From Raja brachyura (taxonomy: Eukaryota): 64,000 bases of DNA. Position 1 is the first letter of the stretch. Every line of letters begins with the position of its first letter. Made by a program: the position numbers and the translations under genes. The notes below the pieces were generated by a model. That model saw only the letters and a program-made list of their open reading frames with translations, did no database searches and was not told where the DNA came from. Shown piece after piece: positions 49,066 through 61,324 of this stretch. The DNA is taken from contig OY740812.1 of NCBI GenBank assembly GCA_963514005.1, positions 20,274,001 to 20,338,000 of the forward strand. The letters run 5' to 3'.

Positions 49066-50827
49066 AACATTTTGGAAAGAGTCTTATCAGTTCTTCCAGC
49101 ATTCTGTATTTTGAAACATATTCTCATGATTTTAATCCCCTGATGTCTCCTTGAGATTGATCTACATAGGATTTTTCAGTACTGCAGGTCTACTCATGGA
49201 CAACTGCCTGCAGCAACAAGAATGTTCAAAACCACTGATGCATATTAATTCCAAACAAAACAAAAGCAGCCTAAAAAAACTTGAAAGCAACAACTGAGCT
49301 CTTATGCACACTTCAAAACCCGTCTATTATCAGGGAGGGAAATGACTCGGGTATCAAAGTTTTCCTAGGTATAAAATAAGTTAGTGCATCAATGCAGGCC
49401 GAGGGAAGTGAAAAATGTCCCGGGCAGCTGTATTTACAGCACAGAGATAAACATGGTTTGATGGTTGAACGCCACAGAAATGACAAGGGAAGTCCTCATT
49501 CTCCCCTAGGCCATTGATGATGTGGAGTACCCGTCCCCAACATGCAGTGATGTCAAGGCTGGAGAATGAAACTGCAAAGATTTTTAATAGAAGTGAAGGT
49601 GGGTGACATGATCATTTCAACAGCCCACATAGATTTTTGAAGAAAAGCAGCAACAGCCTTCTGAGGCAGATACGATAGTGTTTTTTTCAGAGGCTCTTCA
49701 ATTGGCACATCGCTATGCAGAGAATGGAGGGATATGGATCATGTGGAGGCAGATGGGATTATTTTATCTCAGCATCTGGTTCGGCAGAGATATTGTGGGC
49801 TGTAGGCCTGTTCCAGTGCTGTACTGTTCTGTGTTCTACGAGATAATTCACTTGAGTGACACCGTCTGCTTCCACTTCCTCCCTAACTTCCTTCAGACTT
49901 CCAGAAGCTTTATTTTTGTTTACTCTAGCTTTCCTTCTCAGCCCTTCTCTCCACTTGTCCATCATACTAGCCCACTGTATTATTGATAGCAGTCCCACTC
50001 GATATCCCTTCCTGATTTCCACGTGAGTTTGCATAACACCTGGCGCCTTTTCCTCAGGTGAAGGAATCATGATTTTTAAAACAACCTTCCTTAAAACAAT
50101 CACATCCTGACTATCATTGCAAACTGCCTTTCTGCCTCTAGTCTACCGTTCTAGACCTTTCCAAAGGCCTTCCACAGTTCCAAAGCCCTTGGAAGTTGTC
50201 ACTTCCCAGTTTTTCCTGTAGCTCCTTGCTTAAATATCTTGTATCAAGGTTCCACCTCTGTTATTGAATCAAGATACCTTGATTTGACTTGAGTGGGAGA
50301 AGTGATGGGGGGGACGGGTTTAACAACCTGGTTGATTTGGTTAACAACCTGGTTAACAACCTGATGGTTAATTACCTAAAAATGGGTAATTCAATGTTCG
50401 TACCATTAGGTTATAAGCTACCCAAATCCTTTTATCCCTTCTCTACTCTGTGCCCCACCTGGATGTGCACCCATTTCTCCTTTTGCCATTCTCTTCCACC
50501 CGTTCCACATACATTCCGTCCTCTGGCTTCACATTTTTACACGTCTTCCAACCTTATCTCTTTATCTCACATGATTTATCTTTTCATCCCATGCTTCTGT
50601 CCTACCATTTGGCAAACAGAAACCCCCCTCACCTGTATCTACCTATCACTTACCAGGCATTGTCCCACCTCATTTCTCATCCATCTTTCGCCCCCCTTTA
50701 ACAAACAGTTCAAAGAAGAGTCCCAACCAGAAACCGTTTTTCCATGGTCTGCAGGGGTGATGCCAGACTGGTTGAGTTAATCCAACATTTTGTGTCTTAT
50801 TTCCTGTATGATTTTGCATATTAAGTA

Positions 50828-52442
50828 CAGTGGCTTGCAAAAGTTTTTATACCTCTTGAACTTTTCCACATTTTGTCACGTTACAACCACAAACGTAAAT
50901 GTATTTTATTGGGATTTTATGTGATAGACCAACACAAAGTGGCGCATAATTGTGAAGTGGAAGGAAAATGATACATGGTTTTCAAATTTTTTTACAAATA
51001 AAAAACTGAAAAGTGTGGCGTGCAAAAGTATTCAGCCCCCTTTACTCTGATACCCCTAAATAAAATCCAGTGCAACCAATTGCCTTCAGAAGTCACCTAA
51101 TTAGTAAATAGAGTCCACTTGTGTGTAATCTAATCTCCATATAAATACAGCTGTTCTGTGACGGCGTCAGAGGTTTGTTAGAGAACATTAGTGAACAAAC
51201 AGCATCATGAAGCCCAGGGAATACACCAGACAGGTTAAGGATAAAGTTGTGGAGAAGTTTAAAGCAGGGTTAGGTTATAAAAAAATATCCCAAGCTTTGA
51301 ACATCTCACGGAGCACTGTTCAATCCATCATCCGAAAATGGAAAGAGTATGACACAACTGCAAACCTCCCAAGACATGGCCGTCCACCTAAACTGACAGG
51401 CCGGGCAAGGAGAGCATTGATCAGAGAAGCAGCCAAGAGGCCCATGGTAACTCTGGAGGAGCTGCAGAGATCCACAGCTCAGGTGGGAGAATCTGTCCAC
51501 AGGACAACTATTAGTCGTGCACTCCACAAATCGGGCCTTTATGGAAGAGTGGCAAGAAGAAAGCCATTGTTGAAACAAAGCCATAAGAAGTCCTGTTTGC
51601 AGTTTGCCACAAGCCATGTGGGGGACACAGCAAACATGTGCAGGAAGGTGCTCTGGTCTGATGAGACCAAAATTGAAGTTTTTGGCCTAAATGCAAAATG
51701 CTATGTGTGGCGGAAAACTAACACTGCACATCACCCTGAACACATCATCCCCACTGTGAAACATGGTGGTGGCAGCATCGTGCTGTGGGAATGCTTTTCT
51801 TCAGCAGGGACAGGAAAGCTGGTTAGAGTTGATGGGAAGATGGATGGAGCCAAATACAGGGCAATCTTGGAAGAAAACCTGTTAGAGTCTGCAAAAGACT
51901 TGAGACTGAGGCAGAGGTTCACATTCCAGCAGGACAACAACCCTAAACATACAGCCAGAGCTACAATGGAATGGTTTAGATCAAAGCATATTCATGTGTT
52001 AGAATGGCTCAGTCAAAGACCAGACCTAAATCCAATTGAGAATCTCTGGCAAGACTTGAAAATTGCTGTTCACAGACGCTCTCCGTCCAATCTCACTGAG
52101 CTTGAGCTGTTTTGCAAAGAAGAATGGGCAAAAATTTCAGTCTCTAGATGTGCAAAGCTGGTAGAGACATACCCCAAAAGACTTGCAGCTGTAATTGCAG
52201 CGAAAGGTGGTTCTACAAAGTATTGACTCAGGGGGGCTGAATACTTTAGCATGCCACACTTTTCAGTTTTTTATTTGTAATAAAATTTGGAAACCATGTA
52301 TCATTTTCCTTCCACCTCACAATTATGCTCCACTTTGTGTTGGTCTATCACATAAAATCCCAATAAAATACATTTACGTTTGTGGTTGTAACGTGACAAA
52401 ATGTGGAAGTTCAAGGGGTATGAAAACTGTTGCAAGCCGCTG
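50828..52442 (+). mobile_element. Tc1 DNA transposon copy 2 (DD34E, IR/DR, Passport-like), full length
   Basis: TA|CAGTGGCTTGCAA ... TTGCAAGCCGCTG|TA; ~213-bp TIRs with an inner direct repeat tgcaaaagtattcagccccc. Confidence 0.97.
51207..52226 (+). CDS. Tc1 transposase, uninterrupted 339-aa ORF
   Basis: Paired-like HTH, GRPP linker, WSDETK, FQQDN, then 34 residues to E in PDLNPIE; ends GGSTKY*. Confidence 0.95.
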   Translation: MKPREYTRQVKDKVVEKFKAGLGYKKISQALNISRSTVQSIIRKWKEYDTTANLPRHGRPPKLTGRARRALIREAAKRPMVTLEELQRSTAQVGESVHRTTISRALHKSGLYGRVARRKPLLKQSHKKSCLQFATSHVGDTANMCRKVLWSDETKIEVFGLNAKCYVWRKTNTAHHPEHIIPTVKHGGGSIVLWECFSSAGTGKLVRVDGKMDGAKYRAILEENLLESAKDLRLRQRFTFQQDNNPKHTARATMEWFRSKHIHVLEWLSQRPDLNPIENLWQDLKIAVHRRSPSNLTELELFCKEEWAKISVSRCAKLVETYPKRLAAVIAAKGGSTKY

Positions 52443-52814
52443 TATACCTCCTGATTGTCTTCTGTTTTGTTGCAAACTTTGTTAAATTAACTAACTATCC
52501 TTCTCCAACCCTTCTATTCTCCCATCCATCTCAATGGCACTCACTTGATTCCCTATGTACCTATTCAAATATATCTAGAGCATTTTCTGCAATTAGTTCA
52601 CTTCATTCATCTACAGTGCCACCTCAGCAAATCCCCTGAGATCCAGCTCATGTTCTTTTATTTTCCTCATTTGGCTTGGTCTATTTGCTCATACCATAAC
52701 TGACCTGTTGTACTTCCTGCAGAGATGTGCATAGGAATTTACATTTGCCATATTTTGGAAGACCACATGCACACATTCTTCATGTCTCTATATAAAGGTG
52801 CACCCACATGTGGG

Positions 52815-53345
52815 TTGTACGGTGGCATAGCGGTAGAGCTACTGTCTTACAGCGCTAGAGACCCGGGTTCGATCCTGACCTCGGGTTCTTGTTTGTACGG
52901 AGTTTGTATGTTCTCCCTGTGACCGCATGGGTTTTCTCCAAGGTATTCAGTTTCCTTCCACACTCCACACTGTTTCTCTACTCAACAGCCAAAAATCTGT
53001 AGCCTCCCTTTGATCTGGTATTTTGTTGGTTCACATGCTTGATCAATGGTGTTTTATCATTAATGTTTTGTTATTATTAATGTTTAGTGTTTTCTGAGTC
53101 ATTTGTAACTGTCACTGTATTTCATGTTGTTACTTGTGGGCGGAGCACCAAGGCAATTTCCTTGTATGTGAATACTTGGCCAATAAACTTACTTACTCAA
53201 AGACATACAGGTTTGTAGGTTAATTGGCTTGGTATAAATTGTCTGTAGTGTGTTTAGGATGGTGTTAATGTGCAGGGATCGCTAGTTGGTGCAGATTCAG
53301 CGGCCAACGGGCTTGTTTCCATTCTGTATCTCTAAACTAAACTAA
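52815..53345 (+). mobile_element. HE1-like SINE with a nested LINE 3' tail (~52969-53197)
   Basis: SINE ...ccacactc [insert ending tacttggccAATAAActtacttact] caaagacatacagg... rejoins. Confidence 0.85.
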
Positions 53346-53834
53346 ACACACCCATAACCTTATATAGTCTATAATTTGGGATAATTATTGAATGGGAGTA
53401 TTGCACACTCTATCTTGACTCTCTCCTCCATTTCATCTCCTGCAGTTTTGAACGCACCCTGACTTAATGGTGTTACCAGATGCTATACCTACGCAAGTTA
53501 TCTCCTAAAGTAATCACAAGGAGTCATCTAAATCTTAGCATGAACTGAAATTCAAAGTCACAACTTGCTCCTTATTCCTCACAGTCTTTTCAGCCTTCAG
53601 CCAATGGATAAAGTGCATAGTAATTGCACATTGAAACAGAAAACATGTGAGCCCCACACAGTCAGGCACTGAAGAAAGTTTGTCTTGTATCTGACACTAA
53701 GAAAGCATCTGTAATAATAATGATATCAAATGCTCTCAAATCATGTTGGCTGAATATGAAAGCACTATGATGAGAGGGAGCCAGAGAATGAGTAACCCAA
53801 AATGAATATTGTCACTTTAAATCCTTGTGTCATT

Positions 53835-54152
53835 AGTTTAATTTAGTTTAATTTAGGCATGCAGCGCGGACACAGGCTCTTCGGCCCAACGGGTCTGCAC
53901 CGACCAGCAAACCCCGCATGAACACTGCCCTGCACACACTAAGGATAATTTTTACATTTGTACCAAGCCAATTAACCTACAAACCCGTACATTATCGGAG
54001 TGTAGAAGGAAACCGGAGATCCTGGAGAAAACCCACGCAGGCCACGGGCAGAACCTACAAACTCCCTACACACAAGCACCCATAGTCAGGCTCGAACCCG
54101 GATATCTGGCACAGTAGGATAGTATCTCTACTGCTACGCTACCATGCCACCC
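53835..54152 (-). mobile_element. HE1-like SINE
   Basis: (TTTAG)n tail, reverse V core and head. Confidence 0.88.
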
Positions 54153-54439
54153 GAAACATTGTGAACTAAAGTTCCCTGCTACCTGCTTTGACAGAGAGCA
54201 TTTGCTTAAGAAATCACTCGTTAATGAAAAAAACAGATGCTTTTTGTTCAAATATGATTTACTTTTTTTCAGATAATTTTTACATTTTCCTCATCTTTCA
54301 ATATCGCCTAACTTTGTGTGTGCAAAGAAAACTTACAGTGTCAAATAGTTGCCTTGCATTGAGGCTATGACTAACTCATGAGCAGGCCATAGGTTTTATT
54401 CAGTGTCTGTGCTGAACAAATAAAACAAACAATGTATTT

Positions 54440-56400
54440 TGCAGCATCTTGTATTTTGCTTGGCAGCTTACAACCCAGTGGTATGAATATTGATTTCTCT
54501 AACTTTAAGAAACCCTTGCATTCCTCCCTCTTCATCCCTCCCCCACCCAAGTTGTACCAGCTTCAAATTTCTCCAGGCCCCCATCCTCTCATCTTCACCA
54601 TGGACGTCCAGTCACTCTACACCTCCATCCCCCACCAGGATGGTCTCAAAGCCCTCCAGTTCTTCCTCGACCAGAGGAGCAACCCATAACTGTCCACTGA
54701 CACCCTCCTCCGCCTAGCGGAGTTGGCCCCATCCCTGACCTCTACCTCCGTTACATCGACGACTGCTTTGGTGTCACCTCCTGCACCCACACACAACTGA
54801 CTGACTTCATCCATTTCACCACCAACTTCCATCCGGCACTCAAATACACTTCGACCATTTCCGACATTTCCCTACCATTCTTTGACCTCACCATCTCTAT
54901 TGCAGGTGATACACTCCTGACCGACATCCACTACAAACCAACTGACTCCCACAGCTACCTGGACTACACCTCCCACCCTGCTTCCTGTAAGGACTCCATC
55001 CCCTATTCCCAATTCCTCCTTTTACACGGCATCTGCTCCTAGGATGAGGTGTTCCACACCAGGTCATCACAAATGTCCTCATTCTTCAGAGAACGGGGAT
55101 TCCCCTCCCCCACTATAGATGAGGCTCACACCAGGGTCTCCTCCATACCCCGCAACATTGCCCTCTCTCCCCATTCCCCCACTCGCAACAAGGGCAGAGT
55201 CCCCCTGGTCCTCACTTTTCACCCCACCAGCCGGCACATACAACACATCCGCCAGTTTCGCCACCTCCAACGTGACCCCTCCACTCGCCACATCTTTCCA
55301 TCTCCCCCCTGTCTGCCTTCCGCAAAGACCGCTCCCTCCGCAACTCCCTTGTCAATTCTTCCCTTCCCTCCCGCTCCACCCCTTCCCCGGGCACTTTCCC
55401 TCGCAACCGCAAGAGATGCTACACTTGTCCCTTCACCTCCCCCCTCCACTCCTTTCAGGGACCCAAGCAGTCCTTCCAGGTCCGATAGAGGTTCACCTGC
55501 ACCTCCTCCAACCTCATCTACTGCATCCACTGCTCCAGATGCCAGCTGATCTATAACGGTGAGACCAAGCGGAGGCTTGGCGATCGTTTAGCCGAACATC
55601 TCCGCTCGGTCCGCAATAACCAAACCGACCTCCCGGTGGCTCAGCACTTCAACTCCCCCTCCCATTCCGTATCCGACCTCTCGGTCCTGGGCCTCCTCCA
55701 CGACCAGAGTGAGCAACACCGCAAGTTGGAGGAACAGCACCTTATATTCCGCTTGGGGAGTCTGCATCCTCTGGGCTTAAACATTGAATTTTCTCAATTC
55801 TGTTAACACTTGCTGTCTCCTCTCCTTCCCACCTCTCCCTCAGCCCTCAGGCCCTGGCATTCCCTCTCTCTATCTCTCCCCCACCCAAGTCGCACTAGCT
55901 TCTTAGTTTCACACTACAAACAGCTTACAATGGCCTGTTTCCTTTATCATCGATACTTTTTTGCATATCTTTCATTCATTGTTCTTTATCTCTCGACATC
56001 ACCGTCTATATCTCTCGTTTCCCTGATCCCTAACCAGTCTGAAGAAGGGTCTCGACCCGAAACGTCGCCTATCTCCTTCGCTCCTTAGATGCTGCTGCAC
56101 CCGCTGAGTTTCTCCAGCCTTTTGTGTACCCTCAAATTTGTCTTTTTGGGTGTCATTGTCTACACTCGATTTCACCTAGGCCACAGCTAACAATGGCCTG
56201 TTTCCGTTATCACCGTTACTTTTTTGTATATCTTTCATTGATTTGTTCTATATCTCTCTACATCACCATCTATATCTCTCGTTTCCCTTTCCAAAGACTT
56301 TCAGTCTCAAGAGGGTCGCGACCTGAAACGTCATCCAGTCCTTTTGTCCAGAGATGCTGTCTGACATGCTGAGTTACTTCAGCTTTTTGTGTCTATCGTC
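54440..56400 (+). mobile_element. Penelope-like retroelement remnant (RT + GIY-YIG) with tandem 3' terminal repeats
   Basis: FTMDVQSLYTSIPHQDG, YLRYIDDCFG, PFFDLTI, HYKPTDSHSYLDY, NLIYCIHCSRCQLIYNGETKRRLGDRLAEH...HFNS...EEQHLIFRLGSLHPLGLN. Internal deletion near 54725 removes the QG/MG motif; frameshifted. Terminal modules at 56035-56130 and 56302-56400. Confidence 0.93.
56035..56072 (+). ncRNA. Minimal hammerhead-ribozyme-like motif (PLE-associated)
   Basis: CUGAAGA (56039-45), extra A, stem II GGGU-CUCG-ACCC, GAAA, C-G, UC (56065-66). Stem III has no loop and stem I is only ~2 bp. Confidence 0.55.
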
Positions 56401-56434
56401 AACGTTTTTTGCCTCGTTCATTGATTGGAATGCA

Positions 56435-56710
56435 CAGCAGGGAAACACGCCATTCAGCCCACCTAGTTCACGTTGACCAACAATCACCCATTCAAACTAG
56501 GTCTATGCTATCCCACTCTCTCATCCACCATACAAATTACGATCAATTTACAGCGGCCAATTAACCTACAAACTGCCATGCCTTTGGGATGTGGAAGGAA
56601 ACCAGAACGCCTGGAGGAAACCCACACTGTCACAAGAACATTCAAACTCCACACGGACACTGGGATCAAACCCAGTCTCCGGCCCTGTGAGGCAGCAGCA
56701 CTAACAGCAC
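56435..56710 (-). mobile_element. Older V-SINE
   Basis: tttgggatgtggaaggaaaccagaac...gggatcaaaccc...gtgaggcagcagc. Confidence 0.8.
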
Positions 56711-56715
56711 TATAA

Positions 56716-57913
56716 AACCCCGGTCCCATTTTCACGAGCTAATTCGCGACCTCTGGCGACCTTAAACAAACTAAATAAAATCAAGGTCGCGGTAACCTAC
56801 AACCTCCTACTACCTTCCACGACTATGAGTACAACCTCCTACGACTACGTTAAAACCTCCCACGACTATGTTGAAGATCTCCCACGACTACAAAGAAGAC
56901 CTCCTTCGACTATGTTGAAGACTGGCTTCGACCATGTACGATTTACTGCTGTTTGCAGTAGCCCTTTTGTTTCAGCAGCCTTTTAAGAAAGGCAGAAGGG
57001 GAAGCACAAGTTGAGGTCTCAATGAGTGAATAGAGTTGATGTGATGGACTGTCCCAGTGCACCAGATGACTGGAAGATGACCATTCCTCAAGGTCCCCCT
57101 CCTGCTGCCTGGTGAAGGTGTAGGGCATAAACTTCCTCCAGTCCTCCCTCACCACCAATGGAGCATCTGCCTCTGATGCTGTGTCAGACACAGGAGAAAG
57201 GGCTGCTTTGCTGCCTTCAAATGAGGCAGTGAAGGATTGGGTGGTGGTGGGGACATATACACCACCCTGGTCTCCACCTCCAGGGGTCTCTCATGCAGGG
57301 CTACCTCCTCCTGCACTATCACCTCCTGTGACATCACCTCCTGCCACTCCTCCTCTTGGGAGGGCAACGCCTGCATGGCCATTTTTTTTTAGGGTTGTGC
57401 CCTCCCCCTGCACTGCTGCCTTTTTGGTGCCAACTTTACAACACAAGTCTCCTCTCCAAAAAACTCTCCCGCTATGAATGAACATGCCTTGGAGTGACAG
57501 AGGTGACGCTCTGCTGTTTTAATAACCGTTTTTTTCCTACTGATTTTTTTTTCACCCCGGAGCTATTACCTTTGACTGCCTCTGACCACCTCCGACCACC
57601 TCCAACTACCTACGACTACCATCATGACCTACTACGACCCACCTATGACCTACCTACGAGTAAAATGTATCGATTTTTTCCATGCCGGCATTTTTGTTAC
57701 TCGTGGACATTTTTTATCAGGCTAGAAATAACGCCGTGACCTACATGATGCCACGAGTACCTACACCTAGCATCACGACTTGCTAGACCTACCTACGACC
57801 TCCTATGACTTTGTACGACCTCCTATGACCTCGTGGCGACCATGCTGCACGTATGAGTGAAGGGCAAACTCGGCAGAGGTCTTGAATTAGGTCGTGAAAG
57901 TGGGACAGGGGCT
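56716..57913 (-). mobile_element. Non-autonomous PIF/Harbinger element with 30-bp TIRs
   Basis: aaccccggtcccattttcacgagctaattc against reverse-complemented end agcccctgtcccactttcacgacctaattc (4 mismatches); flanks TAA / TTA; (CGA/CTA)n subterminal repeats; same interior as 3000-3790. Confidence 0.88.
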
Positions 57914-58014
57914 TTACATTGTAAAATGTGTGTGCTTTGGAGCTATTATACATTGCGAAAAAAACAAGCAATGTCTATATTAATTACCACCTCAAGCAGT
58001 GCCATATCATTTTT

Positions 58015-58135
58015 TCTGAAGAAGGGTCTCGACCCGAAACTATTTTCTTCGCTCCATAGATGCTGCCTCACCCGCTGAGTTTCTCCAGCATTTTTCTCTA
58101 CCTTTGATTTTCCAGCATCCTCAGTTCCGTCTTAA
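58015..58135 (+). mobile_element. Penelope terminal module
   Basis: ctgaagaagggtctcgacccgaaac (cleavage triplet deleted)...gatgctgcctcacccgctgagtttctccagc. Confidence 0.8.
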
Positions 58136-58169
58136 ACATCTTTTTAAATATGTTTACTTATTTATATTA

Positions 58170-58840
58170 CCCCGCGCAGGCCCAATCCAACAGCCGAACA
58201 ACCGCGCCACCGACGGCCAGAAGGCCAACTGAAGATCGGAACGTGCCCCGGTAGGTCCAACTCGCCTCCCAGGGGACTGCAGTGAAGCAGGGCGATGAGG
58301 CCTGTCTGGGCCGAAGGAGGCTCAGCAGTGGTGGTGATGGGAGCCTTGGGGATGACAGCGGGAGACTCGGCGGCAGCAGTGGGAGCCTCAACAGCAGCAG
58401 GGGGCTTGGCGTCACCGTGGGCCTCAGCGGCAATGGGAGCTTCGGTGGCGGTGGAGCTTCGTGGTCGATGAGCGTGAGGGGGGAAGAATAAGACAGTCGG
58501 GACCTGGTGTGAGGGGCCGCCGTGAAGAACATTGGGGACCCGATGTGGGGGACCGCAGTGAAGAACGGTGGGAGAAGAAAGGGGAACCCGGTTTGGAGGA
58601 GTGGGGGGGACTCAAGTTTAGAATCCTCTGCCCAGGGGATAAGTCTGTGTTTGTTTTTTTTGGTTCTTCATTTGTTCCAGGGAGTCGCTGCGCACACGGC
58701 AGCCAGCCAGCCAACAATCGCTTGTCTTTTTCTTTATGTTCTCATTTTTAATTTCAAGTTTTTGTGTACCTTGTGTGTTGTGACTGTTGGCAGACCAATT
58801 TCTGTCTGGGGATGAATACAGTTTTATATCGTATTGTATA
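58170..58840 (+). mobile_element. GC-rich non-coding interspersed repeat with a Rex1-type tail
   Basis: Internal (ggcagcagtgggagcctc)-like repeats; ends gaccaatttc...gggatgaatacagttttatatcgtattgtat. Segment 58680-58760 resembles 63820-63900. Confidence 0.5.
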
Positions 58841-58984
58841 ATTATGTGCGTGGGTTAAAACACTGCCAGAGTAGTACTATGATAATTTAATAATCAGCCA
58901 ACCAATGATTGTGTACAGATTCTCTAAAGAAGGGCCCGCATATTCAGACCACTACAAGGATGGACTTTTGTTGCTGCAATAAGC

Positions 58985-59556
58985 TCATAAGTGATAAGAG
59001 CAGGATTATGCCATTCGGCCCATCAAGTCTACTCTGCCATTCAATCATGGCTGATCTACCTATCCTTAACCACATTCTCCTGCCATCTGCCCATAACTCC
59101 TGACAACCATACTAATCACGAATCTATCTATCTCTGCCTTAAAAATATCCATTGACTTGGTCTCCACAGGTTTCTGTGGCAATGAATTCCACAGATTCAC
59201 CACACCCTGACTAAAGAAATTCATCCCATCTCCTTCCAAATGGAACATCCTTTAATTTTGAGGTTGTGACCTCTGGTACTAGACTTTCCATCAAGTGGAA
59301 AATCAGCCATGATCACATTGAATGGTGGTGTTGCCTCGAAGGGCCAAATGGACTACTCCTGCAACTATTGTCTATTGCCTTTTGTCTAACTTCTCCCATC
59401 CACTCGATCCAGGCCTTTCACTATTCAATAAGTATCAATGAGGTCCCCGGTCATCCTTCTAAACTCCAGCGAGTAGAGGCCCAGCACCGTCAAATGCTTC
59501 ACACATGTTAACCCACTCATTCTCGTAAAGCTCCTCTGGACCCTCTCCACCGCCAG
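58985..59556 (-). mobile_element. CR1 3' fragment with an opposite-strand CR1 tail inserted at ~59302-59378
   Basis: VLAVERVQRSFTR...LGLYSLEFRRMTGDLIDTY; tcagccatgatcacattgaatgg...gaagggccaaatgg on plus. Confidence 0.85.
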
Positions 59557-60159
59557 TACAGAACAATCTACTCCTAACCACATCACATTCCACGGTCCAT
59601 ATCTCTGAAAATACTCAGTGTGAAAACCTTCAAGCTTACAGTGTACTCTTCTATTCCAAAAAGAACGCACTGACAGAGACTAAACAGCCACGTCTGTAGC
59701 TGAGGAATAAGATGATCTTTGCCCATTGAACAAAAAAATGCCAGAGTGTTCGTATTACTAGCCCCAGTATTACAATTTAATTATTTTTGTCAAATAATCA
59801 TGTTAACTTCATGCAAATGCAGACAGTGAACATCAGCTTATGATTTGACATGTTATTTTCTAATTTTGCAAAATGTTGAATCTGCGCCATGTCAGATCTC
59901 AGTTACTGATTTAAGCCCTGAAGAAATGCAAGAGACAACCCTGAAAAAATATCCCAAACCGTGGTGTCAACCTCGTCAACGTCTCAATGAACACTACACA
60001 ATTACCAAAGAGATCATTACTTTATTAAAACTTAACACAAAACACTTAAAGTAACTCATGTGAATAATTCATATACTGTCCTGAGCAGAAGTACCATGAT
60101 CACGCTGTCATGAGCTTAATATGAATGCATGGTTCAGTCTTGTATTGCACACCTTACTT

Positions 60160-60540
60160 TTTTAGTTTAGTTTATTATCGTTACTTGTACTGAGGTGCAG
60201 TGAAAAGTTTTTTTTGCATGGTATCCAGTCAGCAGAAAAACAATACGATTACAATAGAGCCATTTACATGAAAAGGAGATAATGTTTAGTGCAAGGTAAA
60301 GCCAGCAAAGCCTGATCAAGGATAGTCCGAGGGTCACCAAAAAGGTAGATAGTAGTTCAGCACTGCTCTCTGGTTGTGGTAGGATGATTCAGTTGCCCTA
60401 TAACAGCTGGGAAGAAAATGTTCCTGAATCTGGAGGTGTGCGTTTTCACACTTCCACACATTGTGCCTGATGGGAGAGGGGTAAAGAGGGAGTGGCCAGG
60501 GTGCGACTCGGCTTGATTATGCTGCTGGCCTTGCTGAGGA
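60160..60540 (-). mobile_element. Rex1/Babar LINE 3' end
   Basis: Homologous to 4790-5300. Confidence 0.8.
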
Positions 60541-61324
60541 AAGGTATTACTGCTCTCCCAATATTTACCAAATACACAATCATTCTCTGCTAGTTTATCA
60601 TGAGTTCATTCTAGTTTTCACTGCATAATGAAGGAAAGATTGAACACACATGTACAGCCGGAACAAGATACTCCTGAAAAAAAAGCCATATTAGACGAAA
60701 AAAAACTTGGCAACGCACAGCGGGGTGATTGGTTACAGCTGGGTGCAAGTCTTGCACAGGAAAGCTGAAAGGAAACGCAATGCCATTGGATGCAGAATGA
60801 GGCAGAGGAACAAAGCCTCATGAATTCCTCCAAAAATCTTTCTGGTCATTTATTCAGTTAATTCTTAAGTTCTTGATACCACCTCGTTCAAAAATGAACC
60901 AAGCAAAATTCTAAATCAGGTTGGGACTGTTTCCAGCATATCTTGCCATCGCGGTCATTTTCGGACAAGATGTAGCATCGCCAACCGTGCCGTAACTATC
61001 GCATGTGACTGCTTTCTATTCAATTAACAAAAGATCCTACAAATGAAGCACAAAGAAGAAAAATATTAATGCATTTCAAGTTATCTTACTGGCAGCTGTT
61101 TCACCCTCTTAAAAAAAGACTAGGCAGAAAGAAAAACTGGGAAGGAAGTCAAGGAATTGACAAAATTGCTGTTGCAGATACATAGGAATTTCCTTAACCC
61201 TTTGACGACTGGACCAACCATTCACCTCCAAAAAGTATACATTTGAAAAATATTAAATAAATATCTTTGGCGCAAAAGATGTGTAGAAATCCTTTTTACT
61301 GATTAAATCGAACGCACCAGGGAA

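Noticed and set aside
59845-60833. Short ORFs at 59845-60054 and 60618-60833
   Set aside because: No motif, non-ATG starts, no clear splice sites; treated as possible non-coding islands only.
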